From a virus, in the IMG/VR virus record IMGVR_UViG_3300026097_000011, positions 32,001 through 96,000 of that record: a DNA stretch of 64,000 nucleotides; one strand, given 5' to 3'. The number at the start of each line of letters is the position of its first letter. Positions within the stretch are counted from its first letter, which is position 1. Below, one piece after another: positions 37,235 through 46,916 of this stretch. Below the pieces are notes generated by a model, which saw nothing but the letters and a program-made list of their open reading frames with translations, was not told where the DNA came from and did no database searches. The position numbers and the translations under genes were made by a program.

Positions 37235-38938
37235 TTAGCTTAGTGAAGCTGGTTCTTTAATTTCTTTAATATTAGAGGTTACTTTTATCTCTGAAAAATG
37301 ATTAGGCATAGTGACATCTATCCTTTCATCAAAAAACTCCTCTGGTAGTGATTCGTGAGATACTACGAAAATAGTCATATTGTACTTATCAGCGTACTCT
37401 CGAAGTATTTCAATTGCCATATAAACATTTCTTTTGTCTAGTCCGCTGAATATTTCGTCTAAGAACATTACGTTCATATTATTATGTTTTAATTTTATTA
37501 ATTCAATGAATGATAATAAAACTATTAGGTTCATCTTTTTCCTTTGACCAGTAGATAAACTTTCAGGGGATATATCCATTCCTAGATATCTAATATTTGG
37601 ATTAAATTCGTTATCAAATTCAAAATTAAATTTAAATTCTAATCTTGTTGAAATCTCAGTAATTCTATTGTTTAATAATGGAATTACTCGATCTATTAAT
37701 ACCCTCTTGATTCCTCTATCGGACAGTATTTCATCTAGCATTCCGAATAATTCCAAGTTGTCCTTATATTCTTTAGAATCCTCATGTGATTTTTTTATAT
37801 CTTCCTTAATAGTATCTATGATTTTATTAATAGACTCCTCCTGGCCGTCAGGTTTTTTATTATTAGTTGCATTTTGAATCTCAACCTGTAGACTCTTAAT
37901 ATTTGCGTTTATTTCATAAAACGCAGTTTTTTCAACATCTTGGTCTTTTGTTAGATCAGATACAAGCTCTTTTACCTTTTTTTGATTTCTTTCAATTTTA
38001 TCAAGAAGTTCGTTCTCTGCTTCTTTCTTTTCAATTATAGAATTTTTTATCTGAAGTGCACTATCACCTGTTAAATCACTCAAACAATGTGGACATTTAT
38101 TATTTTCAAATATTTTAAGCTTTCGATTAAATTCATTAATTTTGGCATTACTATCTGCTGCCTTTTGACTGAATTCAACTGCTTTTTTCTTAATTCCATC
38201 AATCTTTGACTTAATTTGATTGTATTTTTCCTGTCTCTCTTCTAGTGTTATTTTCTTAGATTCAATTTCAGCTTTTATTTCCTTAGATCTATCTTCAACT
38301 GCAGTATTTATCTTTTCTCTAAGCTCAGTTAGTTGAATCATTGATTTTTTAAGAAGAGTATTGTTTTTATTAATGTTATTCTCTATTATCTCAAATTGTT
38401 TCTTGTTTTCTTTTAAGTCTTCTTTGATATTAGATTTCATATCAGTTAAAAGATCTATTCCGAACATAGGATCTACTATTTTTCTTTTGTCGGCTGCACT
38501 TAAATTAACGAATGATTTAAAATCATCAAATGATAAACTAATCGTGTTGCAAAATATTGGAAAGTTTAATCCAAGTAATTCATTTTCTACAAAATCATCT
38601 ACTTTTCTCTTGTCTGGTAAATTATAAGGAACATCATTAACCTTTATTGAACTAAAATTAGGATTTATTCCTCTTTCAATTACAACCCTGTCTCCCTTTG
38701 ATGTTTCAAATTCATTATATGTATAGCAATTATTATTTCTCCAATTTGGAATGTCTTTTATTTTACGAATTGCTGATTTTCCATATGCAGAAACTGTTAA
38801 TGCTTCTTTAATTGAGCTCTTACCTGTTCCATTTTCTCCCTGTACATGAACAAGTTTAGGCTTTTTACCGAATGTATATTCCTGAACTACGTTACCATAT
38901 GATAACAAGTTCTTCCATTTCATTTTTACAAATTTCAT
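37235..38938 (-). CDS. Recombination endonuclease subunit, gp46/Rad50/SbcC-like
   Basis: GENGTGKSS, CPHC hook, LSTGQ, FLDE, VVSH. Confidence 0.93.
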   Translation of the reverse strand: MKFVKMKWKNLLSYGNVVQEYTFGKKPKLVHVQGENGTGKSSIKEALTVSAYGKSAIRKIKDIPNWRNNNCYTYNEFETSKGDRVVIERGINPNFSSIKVNDVPYNLPDKRKVDDFVENELLGLNFPIFCNTISLSFDDFKSFVNLSAADKRKIVDPMFGIDLLTDMKSNIKEDLKENKKQFEIIENNINKNNTLLKKSMIQLTELREKINTAVEDRSKEIKAEIESKKITLEERQEKYNQIKSKIDGIKKKAVEFSQKAADSNAKINEFNRKLKIFENNKCPHCLSDLTGDSALQIKNSIIEKKEAENELLDKIERNQKKVKELVSDLTKDQDVEKTAFYEINANIKSLQVEIQNATNNKKPDGQEESINKIIDTIKEDIKKSHEDSKEYKDNLELFGMLDEILSDRGIKRVLIDRVIPLLNNRITEISTRLEFKFNFEFDNEFNPNIRYLGMDISPESLSTGQRKKMNLIVLLSFIELIKLKHNNMNVMFLDEIFSGLDKRNVYMAIEILREYADKYNMTIFVVSHESLPEEFFDERIDVTMPNHFSEIKVTSNIKEIKEPASLS

Positions 38939-40050
38939 TATTCGTAGTAATTTTTAGAGTTCTTAATTGTGTCGTGAATTTCTTTAAACTTTGTAGATAC
39001 TTTATTTGACAAATGTGGTGGAACTTCTCTTATTTTTAAATATTCATTTAATACATCAAATATGTTGTATTCATATGAATCTTGTATAACTACTCCATCT
39101 ACTTCTGTTTCAGATGCGTATGGATAAAATTCTATTTTTCTATGACCACATTCATGTACTAAATCTACAAACTGAGTAATTGGAAAAACTTTAGCAAGTT
39201 CACTATCTATTAATATATCGACGAAGTTATTATTAAATAGTTCTTTAATTTCGACAAGTGATTTATTTAGAATATCTTCGGCATTATGTTTTACAAATTG
39301 AGGAGAGAAGGTATTTTCAATGAATGTCTCTATTACCTCGGGACCCTCCATGTTTAGTTTATAGAATCCCTTAGTATTACCATTATCTCCACGATCAAGA
39401 TGGTAGGGAGTGCCTATGTAATTCATATTATCACTTTCCTGTCTGATGTGAATATGACCTGAATATATTTTTTTAAATCCAGATAATTCTGTTTTATCTA
39501 ATCCATGTTCAAGTTTAGTCCATTTATTAAGTTGAAACTCTTTAATATCAGCATGACATAGAATATAATCAGCTGTTCCATTGAAATGTTTTACCTTTTT
39601 AGATAACTCAAATACATCATGTTCCCATGGTAACATTAAAAATTTATGTTTTCCATTAATATTTAAAAGTTCTGGGGTTTCATAAACCTTGATATTATTG
39701 AATATACGATCTGTATCTTTTAAAGAATGAACATCCGTTCTATCTTTATAATATACGTCGTGATTTCCTAGAATTATATGGACTCCTTTTTTAAATGTCT
39801 TAGAAAATATCTCAAATATATCATGTGATGCATTTGATATTCTAACATTTGTTGATTCCCTAACGTGATTCCAATCACCAGCTTGCATTAGAATGTCTCG
39901 ATCTGGGTCAAACCCATCTTCTATTATTCTTTTTAAAAACCAGTCAATTAGAAATTCTCTTTGAATTTCAAACCATTCATTAGAGTTGTTCTTAACTCCA
40001 ATATGAAGATCTCCAAGTAAATAAATATTTCTAATATTGTCTAAATTCAT
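38938..40050 (-). CDS. Recombination endonuclease subunit, gp47/Mre11/SbcD-like
   Basis: GDLHIG, AGDW, LGNHD, SGHIH. Confidence 0.92.
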   Translation of the reverse strand: MNLDNIRNIYLLGDLHIGVKNNSNEWFEIQREFLIDWFLKRIIEDGFDPDRDILMQAGDWNHVRESTNVRISNASHDIFEIFSKTFKKGVHIILGNHDVYYKDRTDVHSLKDTDRIFNNIKVYETPELLNINGKHKFLMLPWEHDVFELSKKVKHFNGTADYILCHADIKEFQLNKWTKLEHGLDKTELSGFKKIYSGHIHIRQESDNMNYIGTPYHLDRGDNGNTKGFYKLNMEGPEVIETFIENTFSPQFVKHNAEDILNKSLVEIKELFNNNFVDILIDSELAKVFPITQFVDLVHECGHRKIEFYPYASETEVDGVVIQDSYEYNIFDVLNEYLKIREVPPHLSNKVSTKFKEIHDTIKNSKNYYE

Positions 40051-40605
40051 TTAGTGTATTTTTCGTCTGTTCATCTTTCCTTCTAGGAATTTATATTTTT
40101 TATTCAATTCTACAATAAGTTTCTCCTGTATCTCAAAATCTAGACAATCAAATATTTTCTTATAGTCTTTGATTGCATCACTAGAATTAATATTTATAAT
40201 AGAAGATAAAGCCTCTAATATGTATATTGGATTATAGAATGTATCATCTTCTTTGTCAGTATCATTATATAACTCTTCTAATATCCTAGTAAAACACCAA
40301 TTTATTTCTTCCTTTGATAACTTAAGTTTATGATTTGCATCTATTTTATGCAATAAGCTACTTAGTTCCTTATTATTTTCAATAAGCTTAAATATCTTAT
40401 TTAATCCTATGTTATAATCTAATGTTTCCTCATAGTCATATACATCCTTTAGATAGTTATCTGCGTAATTTGAATTTACAGATATTGATTGTGTATATGC
40501 ATATTCCTCATCTCTGAATCCATCTGCTTGTTTATATCCATTATTGAATATCTTATCGTCTTTTATTTTTTGCCTTCTTAATTTTTCTCTATCATCATCT
40601 TTCAT
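40051..40605 (-). CDS. Hypothetical protein
   Basis: 184-aa ORF in replication operon. Confidence 0.7.
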   Translation of the reverse strand: MKDDDREKLRRQKIKDDKIFNNGYKQADGFRDEEYAYTQSISVNSNYADNYLKDVYDYEETLDYNIGLNKIFKLIENNKELSSLLHKIDANHKLKLSKEEINWCFTRILEELYNDTDKEDDTFYNPIYILEALSSIININSSDAIKDYKKIFDCLDFEIQEKLIVELNKKYKFLEGKMNRRKIH

Positions 40606-40619
40606 GTTTAATGATTATT

Positions 40620-42131
40620 TTATATTTGTTCAAACAAAGCATCATAATCATCATCTTGCATACTTGATGTTACAATATCACCTGATGAGTTATCAGTCAG
40701 TGCTTTCATTTGTGGTTGAGTAGCATGATTCATTTCTGCTCGTACTTGATCAACCATTCCAGCTCCATTATCATCGTCGCTGTAGTATTCACTATTCATA
40801 CCTGACTCTTCTTCTAATCTGAAGTGATCCTTATTCATAGTGTAAAATTTATAACTTTCTTCATACCCATTATCACGATTAGCAATAACTTTGATTTTCA
40901 TTCTTCCTTCTAACGGACTTCTCATTAGTCCATATAATGCATCAACTGTGTGTACTAATCCAAATGATTCAGCAACTGAATCCATTCCTAAGTCAAAGTT
41001 ATCCACATCATCTCTTCTAATCTGAGTTGCAGATATAACACACCATTCATTTCTCATCGCAACTCCTCTTAATTCTTCACAAATAGCTTTTACCTTTTCA
41101 TATAATGCACTTTGATCTTTTATTGGCTTAAGAAGGTTTAGATAATCTACAACGATAACTTTAAATTTCTTGTTTAATTTGGTTTCTAATCTTAGAAAGT
41201 AATTCTCAATATCAATAGCAGTTGCTCCACCTGTTGGAAGTTCAACTACTTCAAGATGTCCAATCTTTCTACCTGAATCTTTAAGCTCTTGTATCTTATC
41301 AGCAACTAATCCCATTTGAGTTTCATCATTGATTTCTTCGTAGTCATCCTTTTTAATATTAAGGATGTTTGAACCTATACGTTTCATATAACTTCGATCA
41401 GCTAACTCAACTGTAACAAGTCCTGTATTGTTTCCTGCTAAAAATGACCTAGCCGCACAATTTCCAAGTACCATTGATTTACCTACCTTGGGTCTACCTT
41501 GGAATACAACTAATGTTTTTAAGTTCCATCCTCCACCTTGTGTCTTATCAATAAATTCGAAACCAGATGGTGTTCCAATTTTTGGAATTTGTATATGTGA
41601 TTTGGGATCTAGGAAACTTAATCCCTGTCCCGCATTGCTAAAACTAACAGATAATTTACCATTGATATCATTTCTAATCTTATCTGTAATTGAATCTATA
41701 TTCTCAGGATTAATCGCTGAAGTCTTTAAGAATGCTATCATATCAAACATTGTTAAATTAAGATTCCTTAGAAGAACGAACGACTTCACGTATTTATATA
41801 GGAAGTCGTAGTTATAGTCTTTAAGATTAAAAAGATATAATTCTTCGAATGCCTCATCATCTATAAAATAGTTATTAATTTCTAGATGCTTCTTTAGCTC
41901 ATTTTTATTTGGTATCTTAGAATGTTCTTTATAGAACTTAAGAGCAAATTTATAAGACTCATTTCTAGTTTCACTACCAAAATACTTAGGAAGAACCATT
42001 GTTATTAATTCTTCTCTAGTAAGAGAAGCATGATTATTAGGTTTTAGCTCATTCATATCATTGTCTGGATTCAGTATGAAATTCCAAACCATTGTTTCCA
42101 ACGAGTCGATATTTTCTGCGAAGTCTATCAT
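40620..42131 (-). CDS. Replicative DNA helicase (gp41/DnaB-like)
   Basis: GRPKVGKS, VVDYLNL, SATQ, AESFG. Confidence 0.92.
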   Translation of the reverse strand: MIDFAENIDSLETMVWNFILNPDNDMNELKPNNHASLTREELITMVLPKYFGSETRNESYKFALKFYKEHSKIPNKNELKKHLEINNYFIDDEAFEELYLFNLKDYNYDFLYKYVKSFVLLRNLNLTMFDMIAFLKTSAINPENIDSITDKIRNDINGKLSVSFSNAGQGLSFLDPKSHIQIPKIGTPSGFEFIDKTQGGGWNLKTLVVFQGRPKVGKSMVLGNCAARSFLAGNNTGLVTVELADRSYMKRIGSNILNIKKDDYEEINDETQMGLVADKIQELKDSGRKIGHLEVVELPTGGATAIDIENYFLRLETKLNKKFKVIVVDYLNLLKPIKDQSALYEKVKAICEELRGVAMRNEWCVISATQIRRDDVDNFDLGMDSVAESFGLVHTVDALYGLMRSPLEGRMKIKVIANRDNGYEESYKFYTMNKDHFRLEEESGMNSEYYSDDDNGAGMVDQVRAEMNHATQPQMKALTDNSSGDIVTSSMQDDDYDALFEQI

Positions 42132-42490
42132 TTACTTATATTATAAAAATTATTAATCATTTTTTCTGTGATGAACATGGATTTATTTTTAGGTTCTATC
42201 CATCCAATTGCTATCATCTCTTTTATTTTAGACACTACATATGTTTTAAAGTCTTCGTCTTTTATACTGTCCCCAAATATATATTTTAAAGTTTTAGATG
42301 TGAACTTCATATTATTAAGCTCAAGAATCTTATTATCACTAGATTCTATTTGATCAATCACATATTTAATTAACTCGAACCCAATGGAGTCCCTTTCAAT
42401 AAAGGACTCCATTAAGTGCATGTTAAGGTGATATTTAATAGATATGTCTTCTTTAATCGTTAGAGTCATCGGCTTCTTTTTCAAGTTCAT
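42128..42490 (-). CDS. Hypothetical protein
   Basis: ORF between uvsX and helicase. Confidence 0.6.
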   Translation of the reverse strand: MNLKKKPMTLTIKEDISIKYHLNMHLMESFIERDSIGFELIKYVIDQIESSDNKILELNNMKFTSKTLKYIFGDSIKDEDFKTYVVSKIKEMIAIGWIEPKNKSMFITEKMINNFYNISK

Positions 42491-43694
42491 CTAAATCATT
42501 CTCAATTTGTAATTCTAATTGCTCTACTGCTTCAATATCTGCTAGTGAGCTATATTTGAATTTAGGCTGAATTACATTTTTGTCTAATTCATCAATCACT
42601 TGATCTGTAAATACACGTGAAGTGAATATTTCTCTCCATGGAACTACATCTCCATTACACCTAAGGATAAAGTTACGAGCTGCCCCTTTAGGTCTAAAGT
42701 AGAACTTCTCTCCATCTACTTCAAACTCAGAACAAGCTTCAGCTTCAGCACTGCTTAATTTTTTGAATTCTTTTTCTGTTAATTTATTTCCTCGTTCAAC
42801 TCCACAGTTTTCCCAAGATAAGTAATCCTGCAATCCTACATACGGATTCATACCCTTGTGGAATGAAATATGAATTTCTATTTTTTCAGGTTTAGCTAAA
42901 CGATTCTTATCAGTTTCGCTTCTAACTTTTACTCCTGTTTTTTCCTTTCCAGTTTCTTTTGATGTATTATCATCATCTGCTCTTAACACTCCCTTTGAAA
43001 GCATCATTACAACTGATGCGGAATATAGAGGACCCGATCCTCCGCTCATTGCCTTAGGAGAATATTGATCCATACTTGAGTATGTGTGAGATGTGAAAAT
43101 TAATGGAATTTTTAAGTTAGACAGCTTTAAAGTAAATGACTTAAACAATTGCCTAAGTTCCTTTGCTCTAAGACCCATGTCTTGTGCGTTACTTCCTTTT
43201 GCTCTATCTTCAACTTCTTTATTTGTTTCAAGATGTGTAAGTGAATCGACGATTAGCATAATCTTAATATCTGGATTCTCTTCTTTCATCTTGATAATAT
43301 CGTGGATATAAAACTTAACCTCTGATATTACCCCAATTCTAGTATAGCTCAATAGATCCATATTGATACCAAAATTAGAAAAATCTTTTTTATCTAGGGC
43401 TCCCTCTGTATCTATATAGAAAACAGCATATCCCATCTCCTGTGCGTTTTTAATTGCATTTAGACAAAGGAACGTTTTACCGGTTCCAGAATCTCCACCT
43501 ATCCCTAAGCTTCTTGCATTTGGATATCCTCCTCTAAGTGATCCTGACATTTGAGCATTTAACAAATAATTCCCAGTTGGAATGAATTCTGTAATGTCTG
43601 AGAATCCCATAAGGTCAACTCTTTTCTTGGTGGTCTTTTCTAGCTTGCTATTAAAGCTACTAAATGCCGAGATTAAATCTTTAGTATTTGACAT
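42453..43694 (-). CDS. uvsX: RecA-like recombinase
   Basis: GDSGTGKT, DTEG, VDSL, DMGLRAK, MSGGSGPLYSAS. Confidence 0.92.
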   Translation of the reverse strand: MSNTKDLISAFSSFNSKLEKTTKKRVDLMGFSDITEFIPTGNYLLNAQMSGSLRGGYPNARSLGIGGDSGTGKTFLCLNAIKNAQEMGYAVFYIDTEGALDKKDFSNFGINMDLLSYTRIGVISEVKFYIHDIIKMKEENPDIKIMLIVDSLTHLETNKEVEDRAKGSNAQDMGLRAKELRQLFKSFTLKLSNLKIPLIFTSHTYSSMDQYSPKAMSGGSGPLYSASVVMMLSKGVLRADDDNTSKETGKEKTGVKVRSETDKNRLAKPEKIEIHISFHKGMNPYVGLQDYLSWENCGVERGNKLTEKEFKKLSSAEAEACSEFEVDGEKFYFRPKGAARNFILRCNGDVVPWREIFTSRVFTDQVIDELDKNVIQPKFKYSSLADIEAVEQLELQIENDLDELEKEADDSND

Positions 43695-43716
43695 AGTATT
43701 CTTCTTTTTTAGTAAT

Positions 43717-43743
43717 ATTTTACTACGGAATACCCTAAAGTTT
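43717..43743 (-). promoter_or_regulatory. AAAC-N16-GTAAAAT promoter-like motif
   Basis: Upstream of uvsX. Confidence 0.6.
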
Positions 43744-43745
43744 TG

Positions 43746-44297
43746 TTATTCTACATATGAAATTAGTAAAAGTGCAGCAGACATTGTTAATGAATCCTCA
43801 ATGTCACCTTTTAGAATTCTTGTCAATTTTATTTTGTCAAGACTATATAGTTTATTATCCTTTTCCTCATCTGATAAATCAAGTGAAAATCCATTAAGAT
43901 CCTTTGAATGATTATCTAAATTTAACCCATAGCATTTATAGGTTTTAGAGAAAGGTAAATTATGATTTATGTTTCCTAAAAAGTAAAGATCATTAACATC
44001 AGCGTCTACTCCTAGCTCTACATTAACTAATTCATGTAGTTCTTCAAATAGGGTATCTGTGTTTTCTTTGAAATCTGAAATAATGCACGTATGTCCTTGG
44101 TCATTACTTAAATAATCAACATACCGTGCAAGATATACGTTTTTTATTTTTCCGTTTAATGTATCAAATGGAACTAAACATATTCCATCTACATCACATA
44201 TAACTCTTCTTAAATTAGTAGATCCATTTGAAATACTAACAATTCGATATTTTCCATCTTGGTATTCTTCTTTAGATTCAAAACTATTTTTATTCAT
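43746..44297 (-). CDS. Degenerate Nudix-fold (ADPRase-like) protein
   Basis: GICLVPF...VYL, ELGV, YFLG, GDIEDS layout; Nudix box eroded. Confidence 0.45.
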   Translation of the reverse strand: MNKNSFESKEEYQDGKYRIVSISNGSTNLRRVICDVDGICLVPFDTLNGKIKNVYLARYVDYLSNDQGHTCIISDFKENTDTLFEELHELVNVELGVDADVNDLYFLGNINHNLPFSKTYKCYGLNLDNHSKDLNGFSLDLSDEEKDNKLYSLDKIKLTRILKGDIEDSLTMSAALLLISYVE

Positions 44298-45015
44298 CTT
44301 TGATTTCGGTTAAATTTACCTCAGGTGTTTCTTCCTTTTTAGGTGCAGCTTTTTTAGGATCAAGCATTTTAGTTATTGATCCGCTTACTACACTATTATT
44401 TATCATTGATGTTACGTAATTAGATAATTGATCTATGAATTCATTTTTGTCCTCAGCATTGTTATACATCATCTTTAAAAGTTTTTTATCTGGCAATTTA
44501 ATTTTGACTTTTATTAAGAGTTCAGTTTCATCTGAATTAAACATTTCGAACGGGTTTTGAACAGGAACATCATGTTTAGTTGGCTCAGTATTATTCAAAG
44601 GTTGGCCCGTTTTAGTATCAAAGTTAGCAGGAGGAATATTTGTATCTGCCACTTTTTTCTCTGGAATAACTTCTCCATTCGCTAGCTTTGTTTCAGGTAT
44701 AACGTCTACTTTTTTAGGAGCATGTATTGCATTAACTTCATCTATCGTAAGTGGAGGAATATCTCCATGTATCATCATAAGTTTATTATTAAGATCTTTT
44801 ACATGGACCTTTGATCCATCGTCAAATACAGCTGTTCCATCAGGTCTTATATCTCTAACCTTAACTAATTTTCCTTTTAGTTCAAGTCGATCAGTTTTAA
44901 TCCACTGGAACTGTTGACCTGCGAAATTTTGTTGATAACTAATTAATTGTTCTTCTGATAGCATATCTTTTTTATTTTTTTGTAGTATCGATTGTGCCCA
45001 TTTTCTTAAACTCAT
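44290..45015 (-). CDS. Hypothetical protein
   Basis: 241-aa ORF. Confidence 0.7.
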   Translation of the reverse strand: MSLRKWAQSILQKNKKDMLSEEQLISYQQNFAGQQFQWIKTDRLELKGKLVKVRDIRPDGTAVFDDGSKVHVKDLNNKLMMIHGDIPPLTIDEVNAIHAPKKVDVIPETKLANGEVIPEKKVADTNIPPANFDTKTGQPLNNTEPTKHDVPVQNPFEMFNSDETELLIKVKIKLPDKKLLKMMYNNAEDKNEFIDQLSNYVTSMINNSVVSGSITKMLDPKKAAPKKEETPEVNLTEIKDE

Positions 45016-45081
45016 ATTTATAGGTATTTTTAAATGTAGTAGAAGATACCCACTTAATATTTTCTATAATCACACTATACA

Positions 45082-46518
45082 TCACTTTCTATTAAATTTT
45101 AAATCTTTTATTTCCTCTTGTGCTTCTATCCTAGCATTATATAATCTTTCTAATATAACTCTTGCTACTGAATCTTTTTGACTATCAAATAGGGTATTAT
45201 TTTTAGTTGTAATTTCAGTACCGTTTGTTTTAACCATTCCTATTTTTCCAAGATATGCAGACGGACAACAATTAAATTGCATTTGAATATTAGGGTACAT
45301 AGATTTAAAATCATAACACGATACAAATTTATAATATCCAGGAACTGGCGGCATTACATATGCCCCAGCATACGTTGAATCTTCTTCATCGGAATTACTT
45401 TGATATCCTTTCTTAAGCATTTTAAGATTTGAATTCAAAAACTGACGACACATTAATACTTCAGTAATATGAACTGGGCTAAATACTTTATTCACTTCAA
45501 TTTCTGCTACATTTGCTGTAGAAAACGCAACTTCAAGTAATCCAAATTTATCTTCTAATAACTTCACTAGAATATTATCAATAATGTTGTATAAAGTAAA
45601 TAAGTAGACATCTTGTTGAAATTCTCTAAAGCTTTTATATGGATGTTTTAACTTAGAAGTATTTAATGCCTTTGATGCAATATAATCAAGAGTATAATTT
45701 TCAACTACTTTATATGGCTTATATCCTGGATCAATAAATAGTTGCATATAATCCACAATTCCCATATGAGTTGGTAATTTGTGTCTTTTTGAGAAGGTTT
45801 TTCTAGAAGTCATATTCTTAAGTGAATCAACTCCAATTTTAGAAGTTCTATTCATTAGATACTGCCAATCAAAATCTACAACATTCCATCCTGTTAGAAA
45901 TGGTTGTCTAGGGGCAATTTGGTGAAAATAAAATTCTAGAAGCTCTTTTTCACTATTAAAAAACTTATGCTTGATTGTGAAATCCTGATCTAGTATTTTT
46001 CTATCTTTAGGATCATGTGGAATTGTATTTTTGAAGTAATCATTTACTTCGACTTCCATTCTTTTGATATCATCGTCACTTAGTCCATTTGGATGTTCTT
46101 TAGAATCCATGATTGATAATACATAATTAACACCATCTTCATTACAAAAAGAAATCATGCCAACTGGCATTTTAACCTCTTCTGGTTTTGGAAACTCATC
46201 ACTTGTTAATTTAATCTCTATATCGATATAGTCCTTTTTTGGAAAATTTTCAAAATTATAGATTAGTGCTTTTTCTTGCGGAGTTAACTTATCAATAATG
46301 AGTTCCTCTAGTCTAGTTCGAGTTAACCATTTTGGATCAGATGATTCTTGTTTAATAAAAGTACCGTCCCAGTTTTTATACTGGGACGGGCGGTTATGTT
46401 CCACCCAATTAAATATTTCGTGTTCTGCTAGTCTCTTTCTAATATATGCTATTTTTCCATCAGCATCATAATATGAGATCATTAAATCACGTTCTTGTAC
46501 TTCTACACCAATTATCAT
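45082..46518 (-). CDS. Family B DNA polymerase, N-terminal half (exonuclease + motif A)
   Basis: DIE ExoI, GWN..FD ExoII, YNIID ExoIII, YAGAYV, DFKSMYPN; ends before motifs B and C. Confidence 0.88.
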   Translation of the reverse strand: MIIGVEVQERDLMISYYDADGKIAYIRKRLAEHEIFNWVEHNRPSQYKNWDGTFIKQESSDPKWLTRTRLEELIIDKLTPQEKALIYNFENFPKKDYIDIEIKLTSDEFPKPEEVKMPVGMISFCNEDGVNYVLSIMDSKEHPNGLSDDDIKRMEVEVNDYFKNTIPHDPKDRKILDQDFTIKHKFFNSEKELLEFYFHQIAPRQPFLTGWNVVDFDWQYLMNRTSKIGVDSLKNMTSRKTFSKRHKLPTHMGIVDYMQLFIDPGYKPYKVVENYTLDYIASKALNTSKLKHPYKSFREFQQDVYLFTLYNIIDNILVKLLEDKFGLLEVAFSTANVAEIEVNKVFSPVHITEVLMCRQFLNSNLKMLKKGYQSNSDEEDSTYAGAYVMPPVPGYYKFVSCYDFKSMYPNIQMQFNCCPSAYLGKIGMVKTNGTEITTKNNTLFDSQKDSVARVILERLYNARIEAQEEIKDLKFNRK

Positions 46519-46521
46519 ATA

Positions 46522-46770
46522 TTAAAAATTAGGAATGAACATTTCATTTACATGACCACATGATGCGCACGCAACTACTGGAATTGGTGTAATTGTATCG
46601 CGATCTGCTCCAGTTAAAAACTTAGATACTTTTTTCATCATCATTGCTTCTATGAATACTTTACCTTCGCATTTTTCACACTTAACATCTTTTGCATCTT
46701 TTAAATGAGCATTGGGTCCATGTGTTTGTGCTCCTTCTCCTTTGTTTGGATTATCTCCTTCTATGTGCAT
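46522..46770 (-). CDS. Zn-ribbon protein
   Basis: CEKC...CASCGH. Confidence 0.75.
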   Translation of the reverse strand: MHIEGDNPNKGEGAQTHGPNAHLKDAKDVKCEKCEGKVFIEAMMMKKVSKFLTGADRDTITPIPVVACASCGHVNEMFIPNF

Positions 46771-46890
46771 ATTAATTATTTTTTAGTTATTGTAAACTTA
46801 TTTGTTAATCAATTAGTTTATTATACTGTGGTATGACTGCTCGGATCTTCAAATTTAGATATTTTTTAGGTTTATTATAGATTGTATTGA

Positions 46891-46904
46891 ATAAATAATA
46901 AAAA
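46891..46904 (+). promoter_or_regulatory. Late promoter motif
   Basis: Exact ATAAATAATAAAAA before sheath gene. Confidence 0.78.
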
Positions 46905-46916
46905 ATATCTTTGAAA

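Noticed and set aside
45082-45130. Split intein or frameshift continuing the polymerase
   Set aside because: No Cys/Ser-starting Hint block, and no downstream frame encodes motif B or C
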